A program made the position numbers and the translations under genes. A stretch of DNA of 64,000 nucleotides from Candidatus Methylomirabilis sp. (GTDB taxonomy: Bacteria; Pseudomonadota; Gammaproteobacteria; Acidiferrobacterales; Sulfurifustaceae): the NCBI GenBank assembly GCA_035624495.1, contig DASPRK010000231.1, forward strand, positions 185-64,184. The letters are read 5' to 3'. The notes beneath the pieces are model-generated. The model worked only from the letters and a program-made list of their open reading frames with translations. It ran no database searches and was not told where the DNA came from. Position 1 is the first letter of the stretch. Each line of letters starts with the position of its first letter. This document shows, piece after piece, positions 1-8,886 of this stretch.

Positions 1-33
1 GCCTTGATGAAGCAGTATCAGAAGACGAAGTAA
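1..33 (+). CDS. 3' end of an upstream gene (partial, ...ALMKQYQKTK*)
   Basis: Open frame from base 1 to TAA at 31-33, 40 bp before the porin start; too short to identify. Confidence 0.45.
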   Translation, partial: ALMKQYQKTK

Positions 34-73
34 TTTCGAATAACTCAATACCAACACGCAGGGGGAGACGATC

Positions 74-1267
74 ATGTCGAACCAACGGAGGAACATCCCG
101 CATTTCCCGATTCGCGCTGGGCTGTTGACTGCATTTCTGGCGGCCTTGACTCCCACCGCAGCGCTGGCCGGACCCACGATCACTTTCGGCGACCAGGGGT
201 TCGTCACGTTCAGTTACGAAGCCCAGATATGGACGCAATATCGCGGCTACACCTCGGCGACCAACGACGCCAGTTACTACGACACTTTCCTGCGCCGCAG
301 CCGACTGGTCTTCGGCGGGCAGTACAACGACTACGTGGGTTTCTATGCCTCACTGGAGACCACCAACGACAACAAGCTGGGCAACGCCGACAAGGCGCTC
401 TATTACCGCGATGCCTACGTCACGATCGATTACACGGATGGTGTGCGATTCATCGGCGGCCGATTCAAGAACGCCTTCTCGCGCGAGAACCTCGAGGCGT
501 GTTTCGAGCCGCTGACGATCGACCGCGCTGAGGTCATTGCCTACACGCCCTTCGGCGCGAACGGCGGCGGCTCGCGCGACGATGGGTGGGCCATGTGGGG
601 AAATCTCGCCAACGGAAAATTCCAGTACCGCGTGATGGTCGCGGACGGCCGCCAGGGCGATGAGGTGGCCAAGTCCACCCCGCGGCTGACGGCCCGCGTG
701 CACTGGTCGCTGCTTGATCCCGAAACCGACTACGGCTATCTCGGCACCTACCTCGGCACGCGCAAGGTGCTGACGTTCGGGCTCGCCTACGACTACCAGG
801 CCGATGTCGCCTTCGCCAACTTCCCGGCGCGTACCGATTCCGTGGACTACAAGGCCTGGACGGCCGACGTGTTCTACGAGTATCCGACGAAGACCGGCAC
901 CTACACTTTCTCGTCGGCCTATTTCAATTACGACACACAGAATGCAGTCAACGCCAATCCCGACCCCGACTTCCCGGTGACCGCCCAGCTCAAGGCCTAC
1001 TACGTCAAGGGCGGCTATCTCCTGCCAAGAAAGGTCGGGATCGGCCGCCTGCAGCCGTATTTCCGCTTCGAGAAGTCGGACTATGGGGTCAATACCGGTC
1101 TTTTCGACCAGACCTGGAAGGGCGCGGGTTTCAACTACTACTTCGACGGCCAGAACCTCAAGCTCACCTTCGAGTTCGCGAAAATCGAATTCGACAAGCA
1201 GGACCCGACGAACGCCTCGTTGCGCGACTACAATCAGGCGACTGCCGGTTTTCAGCTTATTTTCTAG
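74..1267 (+). CDS. extI: Outer-membrane porin, ExtI-like (selenite/tellurite reduction operon porin family)
   Basis: Signal peptide ending ALA-GP and a C-terminal aromatic strand (FQLIF). Motifs GPTITFG, FSRENLEACFEPLTIDR, LLDPETDYGYLGTYLG..KVLT and DYKAWT..YEYP match the Geobacter ExtI family as recalled. RBS GGGGAG. Confidence 0.8.
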   Translation: MSNQRRNIPHFPIRAGLLTAFLAALTPTAALAGPTITFGDQGFVTFSYEAQIWTQYRGYTSATNDASYYDTFLRRSRLVFGGQYNDYVGFYASLETTNDNKLGNADKALYYRDAYVTIDYTDGVRFIGGRFKNAFSRENLEACFEPLTIDRAEVIAYTPFGANGGGSRDDGWAMWGNLANGKFQYRVMVADGRQGDEVAKSTPRLTARVHWSLLDPETDYGYLGTYLGTRKVLTFGLAYDYQADVAFANFPARTDSVDYKAWTADVFYEYPTKTGTYTFSSAYFNYDTQNAVNANPDPDFPVTAQLKAYYVKGGYLLPRKVGIGRLQPYFRFEKSDYGVNTGLFDQTWKGAGFNYYFDGQNLKLTFEFAKIEFDKQDPTNASLRDYNQATAGFQLIF

Positions 1268-1299
1268 CTGCGCGGTGATGGCCGGCGCCGACGTCGTTG

Positions 1300-1320
1300 G
1301 CGCGGGTTTCTCGCCCGCGC
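1300..1320 (+). terminator. GC-rich hairpin after the porin gene (no U-tract; may be a stabilising stem)
   Basis: GCGCGGG-TTTCTCG-CCCGCGC. Confidence 0.35.
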
Positions 1321-1329
1321 GGTCCGGGT

Positions 1330-1355
1330 GTATGATCAATACTTGGTTGTCATAC
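1330..1355. promoter_or_regulatory. Inverted-repeat operator candidate GTATGA-N14-TCATAC
   Basis: Perfect 6-bp arms in an AT-richer intergenic stretch upstream of the kinase gene. Confidence 0.4.
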
Positions 1356-1474
1356 GTTAAGCCTTCATGCGCCTGAGCTTTCTCAGTAATTCGAGTAGGG
1401 AAGCGATAGCGATCAAACCGGAAGCGCTGACGGGTGGAATCTGGTCGGTGCCCCACGTGGGGCGATTTTCGGCC

Positions 1475-2902
1475 ATGCGGTGGAAATGGGCCTTCGCCAT
1501 CATGCTTTCACTGGCGGGGGCCGTGGCTGTGTATTACACCCTTGCGCGCGGTACTGCCTGGCAATTCCATCTCGGTATCCTGCTCGCCGGCTTGCTTGTC
1601 GCTGCGCTCGCCGCCCTGTTTTATGTGCATCTCCTGTATCGCAAGGTGCTGCGCGCGATGCGCGACGGCATCCTGCGTGCCCAGGAGGGCAGGCTGGGTC
1701 CGGTTCCCGTTTCCCGGTTCCCTGATCGCTTTCTGCATCGCCTCGTGGCGGACCACAATCTCCTGATGTCGAGCCTCGGCGCCACCTTCGCCGAAATGGA
1801 GGAATGCCAGAACCAGGTCATCGGGGAACGTAACCGCAACGAGGCGATCCTGCGCAGTCTGCCGGGGGCGCTGGTTTGCGTCGATGGAGACCTGCGGATA
1901 AATCTCTCCAATCACGAAGCCGAAAACCTCTTCGGCGTTTCGTACGATGTCCTGCTCGGTCAGAACCTGTTCGACTTGTTCGCGCTCGATGAATCGAGCC
2001 GTGAAATTCTGCGCGACGCTTTCCTGTACGAGCGGCCGATCGTCAACAAGGAAATTCTCCTGCACATCGGTGGCGAAGCGCGCTACTTCGCGCTGAACCT
2101 ATCATTCTTTCGATCGGACAACTTCAACGAAACCGGCGCCGTCGTCAGCATATTGGATATCTCAGACTACAAGCATCTGCAGGAACATATCTACACGATG
2201 GAGAAGCTCGCGGCGATGGGACAGCTCGCGGCGGGAGTGGCGCACGAACTCAACACCCCGCTCGGCAACATCATCGGTTACGCCCAGCTGATAGACGACG
2301 CGCGCAGGGGCACGGACCCGGTCGAGCGATATACGCGGATCATTTCGCAAGAGGCGCGGCGGTGCGCGCGCATCGTCGACGATCTATTGAACTATGCGCG
2401 CCGCGATCATTGCCAGATTGAAACCTGCGAGCTGAACGGCGTCGTCAAGGACGTGGTCGACACCATCATCTTTTGCCAGGGCAAGCGCTACGAGGTCGAC
2501 GTCTCGTTCGATCCGGGACCGGAACTCGCGGTCAAGGCATCGTCGGGACAGGTCGACATCGTGCTGGTGAATCTTCTGCTGAACGCGATTCAGGCCACGG
2601 CCGGCGGCCCGAGTCCGCGCGTGGCGGTAAGCGTCCGGGCCCAGGGGGAACACCAGGCCGTCGTGGTCGTGGAGGATAACGGACCCGGCGTGGCACCCGA
2701 GCTGCGCCGACGCATCTTCGATCCCTTTTTCACCACGAAAGAAGTGGGCGAGGGCACCGGATTGGGTCTCGCGATCAGCCAGTCGATCGTAACCAAGCTT
2801 GGAGGCAAAATACAATGTGATTCCGCGTTCCAGGGCGGCGCGCGGTTCGTGCTCGCTTTGCCCCTGGCGCAACCAACGGAGGCGACGAGTCGTGGCAGCT
2901 GA
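1475..2902 (+). CDS. Membrane sensor histidine kinase (2 TM, HAMP-like, PAS, HisKA, HATPase)
   Basis: H-box AGVAHELNTPL, N-box NLLLNAIQA, G-boxes DNGPG / FDPFFTTK / GTGLGL. Start chosen at ATG 1475; the ORF is open from 1367. Confidence 0.95.
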   Translation: MRWKWAFAIMLSLAGAVAVYYTLARGTAWQFHLGILLAGLLVAALAALFYVHLLYRKVLRAMRDGILRAQEGRLGPVPVSRFPDRFLHRLVADHNLLMSSLGATFAEMEECQNQVIGERNRNEAILRSLPGALVCVDGDLRINLSNHEAENLFGVSYDVLLGQNLFDLFALDESSREILRDAFLYERPIVNKEILLHIGGEARYFALNLSFFRSDNFNETGAVVSILDISDYKHLQEHIYTMEKLAAMGQLAAGVAHELNTPLGNIIGYAQLIDDARRGTDPVERYTRIISQEARRCARIVDDLLNYARRDHCQIETCELNGVVKDVVDTIIFCQGKRYEVDVSFDPGPELAVKASSGQVDIVLVNLLLNAIQATAGGPSPRVAVSVRAQGEHQAVVVVEDNGPGVAPELRRRIFDPFFTTKEVGEGTGLGLAISQSIVTKLGGKIQCDSAFQGGARFVLALPLAQPTEATSRGS

Positions 2903-4295
2903 GATCCGGGAATCGACGCTCGACAAGCGTCCTGACGAACGACCCATCATCCTCCTGGTCGAGGACGACGCCAACATGCGCGAGCTCGTGGCGAACATAC
3001 TCGCGCCGTTGCCGGCCAGCGTGATCAGCGCCAAGAGCGCGCAGGATGCCCTGGCGATACTCGAGGACACCGAAGTCGCGGTGGTCGTGACCGACCTGCG
3101 CATGCCGGGCGTTGATGGGATGGAGGTGCTCCGGTTCGCGAAACGGTGCACTCCATCCACCATGGTGGTGTTGATTACAGGTTACGCGACGGTGGAGTCG
3201 GCCGTCGAAGCCCTCAAGAACGGCGCCTATGAATATCTGCGCAAGCCCTTCGAATCCGACGAGCTGCGTCGCATCGTCGAACGGGCGCTGGAACATTATC
3301 TGCTTTCGCGGGAAAACCTCCGGCTGCGGGTCGCCAACCGGATTTACTATGAAGAAGGGTATGGCCTGATCGGCCGTACCGCGGCCATGGAGAACGTTCG
3401 TCGCCTGATCGATGCCTCGACGGCCTACGATTGCTGTGTGCTGATCACCGGCGAGAGCGGCAGCGGCAAGGAACTGGTCGCGCGTCAGATCCACTCACAG
3501 AGCCGCCGCAAGGAAAATCGCTTCATCGCGATCAACTGTGCGGCGATCCCGGAAAACATCATCGAGAGCGAGTTGTTCGGTTATCAGAAGGGTGCCTTCA
3601 CCGGGGCCGACCGCAACAAGCCTGGACTGTTCGAAACGGCGCACGGCGGGACATTGTTTCTCGATGAAATCAACAATGCGCCGCCAACGCTGCAAGCGAA
3701 GCTGCTGCGTGTGCTGCAGGACGGGAGCTTCTACCGGCTGGGAGACACCGAACCGCGCGTGACTGACGCGCGCGTGCTGGTCGCCAGCAACCGTAAACTG
3801 CCCGAGCTGATCGAGCGCGGATTATTCCGCGAGGACCTCTACTATCGGCTCAAGGTGATCGAAATCAGCGTGCCGCCGCTGCGCGAGCGACGGGACGATA
3901 TCCCGATGCTGACGAATTACTTCGTCAACCGGATCACGACCCAACTGGGAAAGAAGGTAACGGGAGTGACGACGCCGGTCTTGCAGGCGTTCATGCGGTA
4001 CGAGTGGCCGGGCAACGTGCGCGAACTCGAGAACCTCATCAAACGCATGATTATCCTGACGGAGACCGACATGCTCGACGTGGATGTGCTCCCGCCGGAG
4101 CTGTCGAAGGCTCCGGAGGGGCTGAGCCGGGCACTCGATCACCTGGCGCCGCAGAGCCTCGAGGAGATCGAGGCCTACTTCATCGCCAAGACGTTGCGCG
4201 AAACCAAGGGCAACCGTGGGCTCGCCGCCGAAATCCTCGGCATCGACAAGTCCACCCTGTGGCGCAAGATCAAGCGCTACCGGCTGGATGAGTGA
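2892..4295 (+). CDS. Sigma54-dependent response regulator (NtrC/AtoC-type: REC, AAA+, Fis HTH)
   Basis: LLVEDD, VVTDLRMP, GESGSGKE, ESELFGYQKGAFTGA, WPGNVRELEN, DKSTLWRKIK. GTG start overlaps the kinase end. Confidence 0.96.
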   Translation: MAAEIRESTLDKRPDERPIILLVEDDANMRELVANILAPLPASVISAKSAQDALAILEDTEVAVVVTDLRMPGVDGMEVLRFAKRCTPSTMVVLITGYATVESAVEALKNGAYEYLRKPFESDELRRIVERALEHYLLSRENLRLRVANRIYYEEGYGLIGRTAAMENVRRLIDASTAYDCCVLITGESGSGKELVARQIHSQSRRKENRFIAINCAAIPENIIESELFGYQKGAFTGADRNKPGLFETAHGGTLFLDEINNAPPTLQAKLLRVLQDGSFYRLGDTEPRVTDARVLVASNRKLPELIERGLFREDLYYRLKVIEISVPPLRERRDDIPMLTNYFVNRITTQLGKKVTGVTTPVLQAFMRYEWPGNVRELENLIKRMIILTETDMLDVDVLPPELSKAPEGLSRALDHLAPQSLEEIEAYFIAKTLRETKGNRGLAAEILGIDKSTLWRKIKRYRLDE

Positions 4296-4704
4296 AGCCG
4301 CGCCGATGCGGCGACCGGAGCAACGGTGGCGGCTCATTGCGGCGGTTCTTCTCTGGCTGTCGACGACGGCCTGGGCGGGCGGCGGAGTGGCGGCGGAAAG
4401 CACGTGGATCGAGCACGCCGAGGGGCTGGTGGCGGCCGCCAAGGGTCATGCCGATGTCGCGCAGTTCCGGCAGGACGTGGAGACGCAACGCGAACGGCTG
4501 CGCGAGATTGTCCGCCAGGAAGGTCCGCAGCCGACGCCCGAGCGGCGGCAGTTGCATGTCTCGATGATCCTGCTCAACGCGCTGCTCAAGTCCGCCTCCG
4601 ATTGCCATCAGGGAGGGCGGGTCGTATGTCCCGCCCAGCTGCTCCGGCAACTGGACGAGCAGGTCAACGTGGTGCAGGGGCAGCTCAGGGCGGTACAAGG
4701 TTAA
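4288..4704 (+). CDS. Hypothetical secreted helical protein
   Basis: ATG overlaps the regulator stop. Signal-peptide-like LIAAVLLWLSTTAWA; C-X7-C pair (DCHQGGRVVCP). Confidence 0.7.
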   Translation: MSEAAPMRRPEQRWRLIAAVLLWLSTTAWAGGGVAAESTWIEHAEGLVAAAKGHADVAQFRQDVETQRERLREIVRQEGPQPTPERRQLHVSMILLNALLKSASDCHQGGRVVCPAQLLRQLDEQVNVVQGQLRAVQG

Positions 4705-4731
4705 CGGCGAACGCCGCGCGAAGGAGGAGCA

Positions 4732-5844
4732 ATGAGCAATGCACTCGTGCAGATGGCATCCGTTTCCGCCGGCATCGTGCTCGAAGCCGGTTTCTGGATC
4801 GTGATCAGCCTCCTCGCCGGTGGCATGATCCACGAGTTCCTGCCGACCGCGCGCCTACGTGCCGCCATGCACCGGTCAGGGGTGTTCGGCGTGCTCGGCG
4901 CGGTGGGTCTGGGCGCGCTGTTGCCGATCTGCAGCTGCGGCGTGATTCCCCTTGCGGTGAGCTTTTACCTGAGCGGGGTGCGCCTCGCGGCCGTGATGGC
5001 CTTTGCGGTCGCGACCCCCGTGATCAATCCCGCGGCCGTTATTCTGTCCTACGCGTTGCTCGGGCCGCAGCTGACGCTGGCGTACGTGGTCTTCGGTCTG
5101 GTGGCCCCGTTTCTGATCGGATATTTCGTCGAGCAAGGCAGCGGGGCGCGCATGACTCCGGTCGCCGCGCGCCTCGAACCGTGCTGTGCCTCGGGCGCGG
5201 GCAGTACAGCGCAACCGGCCCGCACGTCGGTTGCGCAACGGTTCTGGCGCGCGTTGCGCTGGGGCTTCGGCGAGCTTGGTCCCACGCTCGGGCTCTACAT
5301 CGGTGCCGGCGCGGCCCTCGCCGGGGTGCTCGCTGCAGCGCTGCCGTCGGACTGGATCAGCCACTACCTCGGAGCATCGGCGCCATTCACCTCGCTGCTA
5401 ATTGTGGCGCTCTTCGGCGCGAGTCTCTATGTGTGCGCCGTGGCCCATATCCCGCTCGTCGCCGCGTTGCTCGCCGCCGGAGCCGGTCCCGGCGCCGCGA
5501 TTGTCTTCCTGGTGACCGGCGCTGCCACCAACCTTCCGGAGTTCATCGCGCTCCAGCGGGTGTTTGGCACGCGCGCCGTGCTTCTGTATGTCGGCGGGCT
5601 CGTCGGCTTATCGCTGCTTGCCGGGACGTTCGTCAACGTTTGGCTCGCCGGGTATCGGCCGCTCGTGGATCCCATACGCAGTCTGGATTGGAGCGATCTC
5701 GCCGCGCGGCTGACTCCGGTGATCCCGGAACCGGTTGCTGTCGCGAGCGCGTTGGCCGTCACCGGGCTGATCGCCTGGGGATTCGCGAGATGGCTCTGGC
5801 GGATTCCAAGCCGACTCAAGACGGTACACTCGCCTGGCGGCTAG
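4732..5844 (+). CDS. DUF318/ArsP-family permease (SaoE-like)
   Basis: LLPICSCGVIPL, ATPVINP, YVCAVAHIP, GAATNLPE; central loop PCC; multiple TM segments; RBS AGGAGG. Confidence 0.88.
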   Translation: MSNALVQMASVSAGIVLEAGFWIVISLLAGGMIHEFLPTARLRAAMHRSGVFGVLGAVGLGALLPICSCGVIPLAVSFYLSGVRLAAVMAFAVATPVINPAAVILSYALLGPQLTLAYVVFGLVAPFLIGYFVEQGSGARMTPVAARLEPCCASGAGSTAQPARTSVAQRFWRALRWGFGELGPTLGLYIGAGAALAGVLAAALPSDWISHYLGASAPFTSLLIVALFGASLYVCAVAHIPLVAALLAAGAGPGAAIVFLVTGAATNLPEFIALQRVFGTRAVLLYVGGLVGLSLLAGTFVNVWLAGYRPLVDPIRSLDWSDLAARLTPVIPEPVAVASALAVTGLIAWGFARWLWRIPSRLKTVHSPGG

Positions 5845-6550
5845 CCCGAGCGCTTAAAAAGCAGTTCCATCGAATCACTGAACAGCGTCATCTGTTTGCC
5901 CGGTATGCCCGCAAGGCAACGCGCTGCATGCGCGTCAACGTATCGCCGCGTTCTCGTGTCATGCATGTAACATCTCGCGCTGGGTGACGAGGCATCGAAT
6001 GCAAGGGATGTCGATTTCGAAAATGCGGCGGCGGAACGGCGACCGGGGACGAGATACCGGATCGCGCAGCGGGTATGAAGCGGTATCGGTACTGGATTGT
6101 CGTCAAATGCAACTACAGGCCGGTTACACTTCATGCGGTTGACTTTGAGCTTAAAATGGCGGAGAAGGCGTGTACTAGGTACTCCGCTCATACGACCGGT
6201 TTTGAGTTTGTACAGGTGACGCTGGATGCATCGTTGCGCCAGCGGGAGAAGAACTGAGTGCTCGACTAATCCCATGAAAAAAGTGTCTTGTGCAGAACCT
6301 GATGCCAGCGTGGAACGACAAAATTCGGGTGTTCGCAGGAGCGCGATCTCCGGACCTGCCAGACCTTTCTGATGTTGGCGTGCGCCGCCCGGCCACCGGC
6401 AACCCAATTGGCGGGCATGGACATGCGGGGCCGATCGCCGTCCGGCGGCCGCCGCCCAGCGGCCGGGAGCTGATGCGAACAAAGAGCCACGGCGTGGATT
6501 TATTGCAAAAAACAATTCTGGAGCTATGCATGATCGTGACATTGCGATTT

Positions 6551-6580
6551 ATCACGCGATTCGGTGAGCAATCGCGTGAT
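6551..6580. promoter_or_regulatory. Perfect 11-bp inverted repeat upstream of the sigma54 promoter
   Basis: ATCACGCGATT-N8-AATCGCGTGAT, ending 40 bp before the -24 GG. Confidence 0.5.
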
Positions 6581-6618
6581 CCACGGCCAAAATCCCGTGA
6601 AAATAACATTCTGGCATC

Positions 6619-6635
6619 CAGGCATGATATTTGCT
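6619..6635 (+). promoter_or_regulatory. Sigma54 (-24/-12) promoter
   Basis: CAGGCATGATATTTGCT: GG at 6621-22, exactly 10 nt, GC at 6633-34. It lies about 55 bp before the TusA-like gene, with a sigma54 activator gene 2.3 kb upstream. Confidence 0.75.
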
Positions 6636-6688
6636 GTCTGTCTCGAAACCATGGCCGATAGGCGATCAACAGGAACGGAGCGCAGGTG

Positions 6689-7120
6689 ATGATTAAGGAT
6701 CTGACGATCAGGAAATCCGGCTTTTTGGCCATTCTTGAGCCCGGCGGTTTCGCCGAGTTTCTGGGTCTGCGGACGCCGGAGCCGTGCGACCGGATAATCG
6801 GGGTCAAGGAGGAGTGGGTCGAGATATCCGGTTACGGCTGCCTGTATGTCACCCTGTCCTTGAATTTTCTCGGCGATACGTGTCTCCGAACCAATCTGTT
6901 GACGAAGCGGGCACTCGCTGAGGCAGCGGATAGGGATGTCATCGAGATCATCACCGACAACCTCAGCTCCGTCGAGACCATTCCTTTCATGTCACCGAAC
7001 TATAGCGGTGTGCACCTCGCCACCTGCCAGGACGCGCAGTGCTGGAGGATTTACGTGCAGAAGAACGCGGCCACCATCCACGAGTCGAAGGAGACGCGAG
7101 ATGGGACACGTGACGAATAA
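6689..7120 (+). CDS. TusA/SirA-like domain protein with N-terminal extension
   Basis: C-terminal LNFLGDTCLRTNLLTKRAL...VIEIITDN.SSVETIP...WRIYVQK has the TusA pattern with a degenerate CPxP motif. Confidence 0.75.
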   Translation: MIKDLTIRKSGFLAILEPGGFAEFLGLRTPEPCDRIIGVKEEWVEISGYGCLYVTLSLNFLGDTCLRTNLLTKRALAEAADRDVIEIITDNLSSVETIPFMSPNYSGVHLATCQDAQCWRIYVQKNAATIHESKETRDGTRDE

Positions 7121-8564
7121 CTCGATTCCGGTGCAGGCGGTCGAGACTACGGCGGACGAAGGCCACAATATCCTGCGCGCGTACCTGGTACTCGGATTCT
7201 TCGTCGCGGTGTCGCTGTGGACATTTTCGGTCGACACGCGCTACGTCTACCTCTCCGCTTACCTGTGGTTCGGTTTCATCTACGGCATGGCCCTGCAGTA
7301 CGGCCGCTTCTGCATGGCGTCGGCGATCCGCGACTTGTTCGCGGTCGGGGTGCCGCGCATGGCCGTCGGTATCATGATCGCGATCGTGCTTTTCAGCCTG
7401 GTATCGGCGTACGTCACGGCCGTCGGCAAGAGCACCTTCGGCGCCTCGCCGATCGGTCTCTACTCCGTAATCGGCGGCCTCGTATTCGGCGTCGGCATGG
7501 TGTTTACCGGCGGCTGCGCGTCGGGATCGCTCTATAAGACCGGTGAAGGCAGCATCGCGGCGCTGTTGGTAGTCTTGTCTCTCGCTTTTACGCAGGCGAT
7601 TTTCGTCGATGTGGGCGGATGGCTAAATCACCTCGTTCCGGCAGCGTGGACGGCTTCAGCAGCCGCCAAGAACCTGCCGGCGGCGCTGACGCCGACGGAC
7701 GGCTGGTTCGACCAATTTACCGCCGGCTATATTTGGAATCTGCACGCCAGCACCGTCGGCGAGCTGATCCACTTCTCAAATCCGTTCGCCGCGGCGTTCG
7801 TCGGCAACGCCCTGGTCAACTCCTTCCTGCCGGCGATCGTCATTCTGGCACTGATTTACGTACGCTGGTACCGCAAGAGCTATCTGCGCGACAAATCGGC
7901 CGTCTACCGCGGCTGGCGCACCGAACTCGCCGGTTACTGGAGCATGATTACGGCCTCGAGGCGCACCGCCATCGCCGGTCTGATCCTGGGCGTGGCCGCC
8001 GGGCTGCACATGTGGGTGATGCAGGGGCTGCAGCAGCACTTCGGAATCCTCAACGTCGGCGAACTGCTCAAGGCCATGGGCCATACGAGCGGTCTCAGTA
8101 TCCAGGACACGGTTTTCGACCCGGGCTACTTTTACATCACCACGCAGGAAGCGCAGGGCGCGGGATGGATCCTTCAGAAGCTCGGTGTCAACGAGATGAG
8201 CAATATCTTCTTTGGGCTCGACAACGGCCTGCCGAATCCGATTCTCAACCCGGTATTGTGGATGTCGTTTGCGCTCATCGGCGGCTCGGCCGTCATGGCA
8301 CTCCTCAATAACGAGTTCAAACTCAAGTGGCCATCCGCGGAGATTGCCACGTGGGCGGTGTTCGGGGGCATCCTCATGGGGCTCGGCGCGCGTATCGGGC
8401 TCGGCTGCAACATCGGCGCGTTTTTCGCGACGGTCACCAACGGCGATCCTTCCGGCTGGCTGTTCGGCTTGGGGATGACGGTGGGCGGCTTCATCGGCGT
8501 GAAATTCTTCAATTGGTGGATCGAGCGCAGAATGGCTAAAGAAGTCGTGGGGCTCGAGCTTTGA
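7101..8564 (+). CDS. YeeE/YedE (TsuA-like) sulfur-compound transporter
   Basis: Family Cys motifs GRFCMAS, GGCASG and GLGCNIG; many TM helices; RBS AAGGAG. Confidence 0.92.
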   Translation: MGHVTNNSIPVQAVETTADEGHNILRAYLVLGFFVAVSLWTFSVDTRYVYLSAYLWFGFIYGMALQYGRFCMASAIRDLFAVGVPRMAVGIMIAIVLFSLVSAYVTAVGKSTFGASPIGLYSVIGGLVFGVGMVFTGGCASGSLYKTGEGSIAALLVVLSLAFTQAIFVDVGGWLNHLVPAAWTASAAAKNLPAALTPTDGWFDQFTAGYIWNLHASTVGELIHFSNPFAAAFVGNALVNSFLPAIVILALIYVRWYRKSYLRDKSAVYRGWRTELAGYWSMITASRRTAIAGLILGVAAGLHMWVMQGLQQHFGILNVGELLKAMGHTSGLSIQDTVFDPGYFYITTQEAQGAGWILQKLGVNEMSNIFFGLDNGLPNPILNPVLWMSFALIGGSAVMALLNNEFKLKWPSAEIATWAVFGGILMGLGARIGLGCNIGAFFATVTNGDPSGWLFGLGMTVGGFIGVKFFNWWIERRMAKEVVGLEL

Positions 8565-8607
8565 CGGTATCCGGAACGAATCAGGCGATCGCAGGGGAAG
8601 GTAACTC

Positions 8608-8862
8608 ATGGCAGTAAAATTCGAGAAGGTTAGTGACGGCAGGTACATGCTCGATGTTCAGGGCTACGTTTGTCCGCATCCGCAGTTGTACACCAAGAAG
8701 GCCATGGAAAAGCTGAAACAGGGCGAGGTCTTGGAACTGGTGTTCGACAACCCTTCCTCCGGCGAGTCCATCCTCGCCATGTGCCAGACGGACGGCAACG
8801 AGATCATCGAGCAGGTGCGTCAGAACGGCAACGCCATGCGCTGGCGCATTCGCAAGGGTTGA
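8608..8862 (+). CDS. TusA/YeeD-family sulfur carrier
   Basis: LDVQGYVCPHPQLYTKKAM..L..GEVLELVFDNPSS (CPxP motif); directly after YeeE. Confidence 0.92.
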   Translation: MAVKFEKVSDGRYMLDVQGYVCPHPQLYTKKAMEKLKQGEVLELVFDNPSSGESILAMCQTDGNEIIEQVRQNGNAMRWRIRKG

Positions 8863-8886
8863 GAACCGATCTCGAATGGTGGATGC

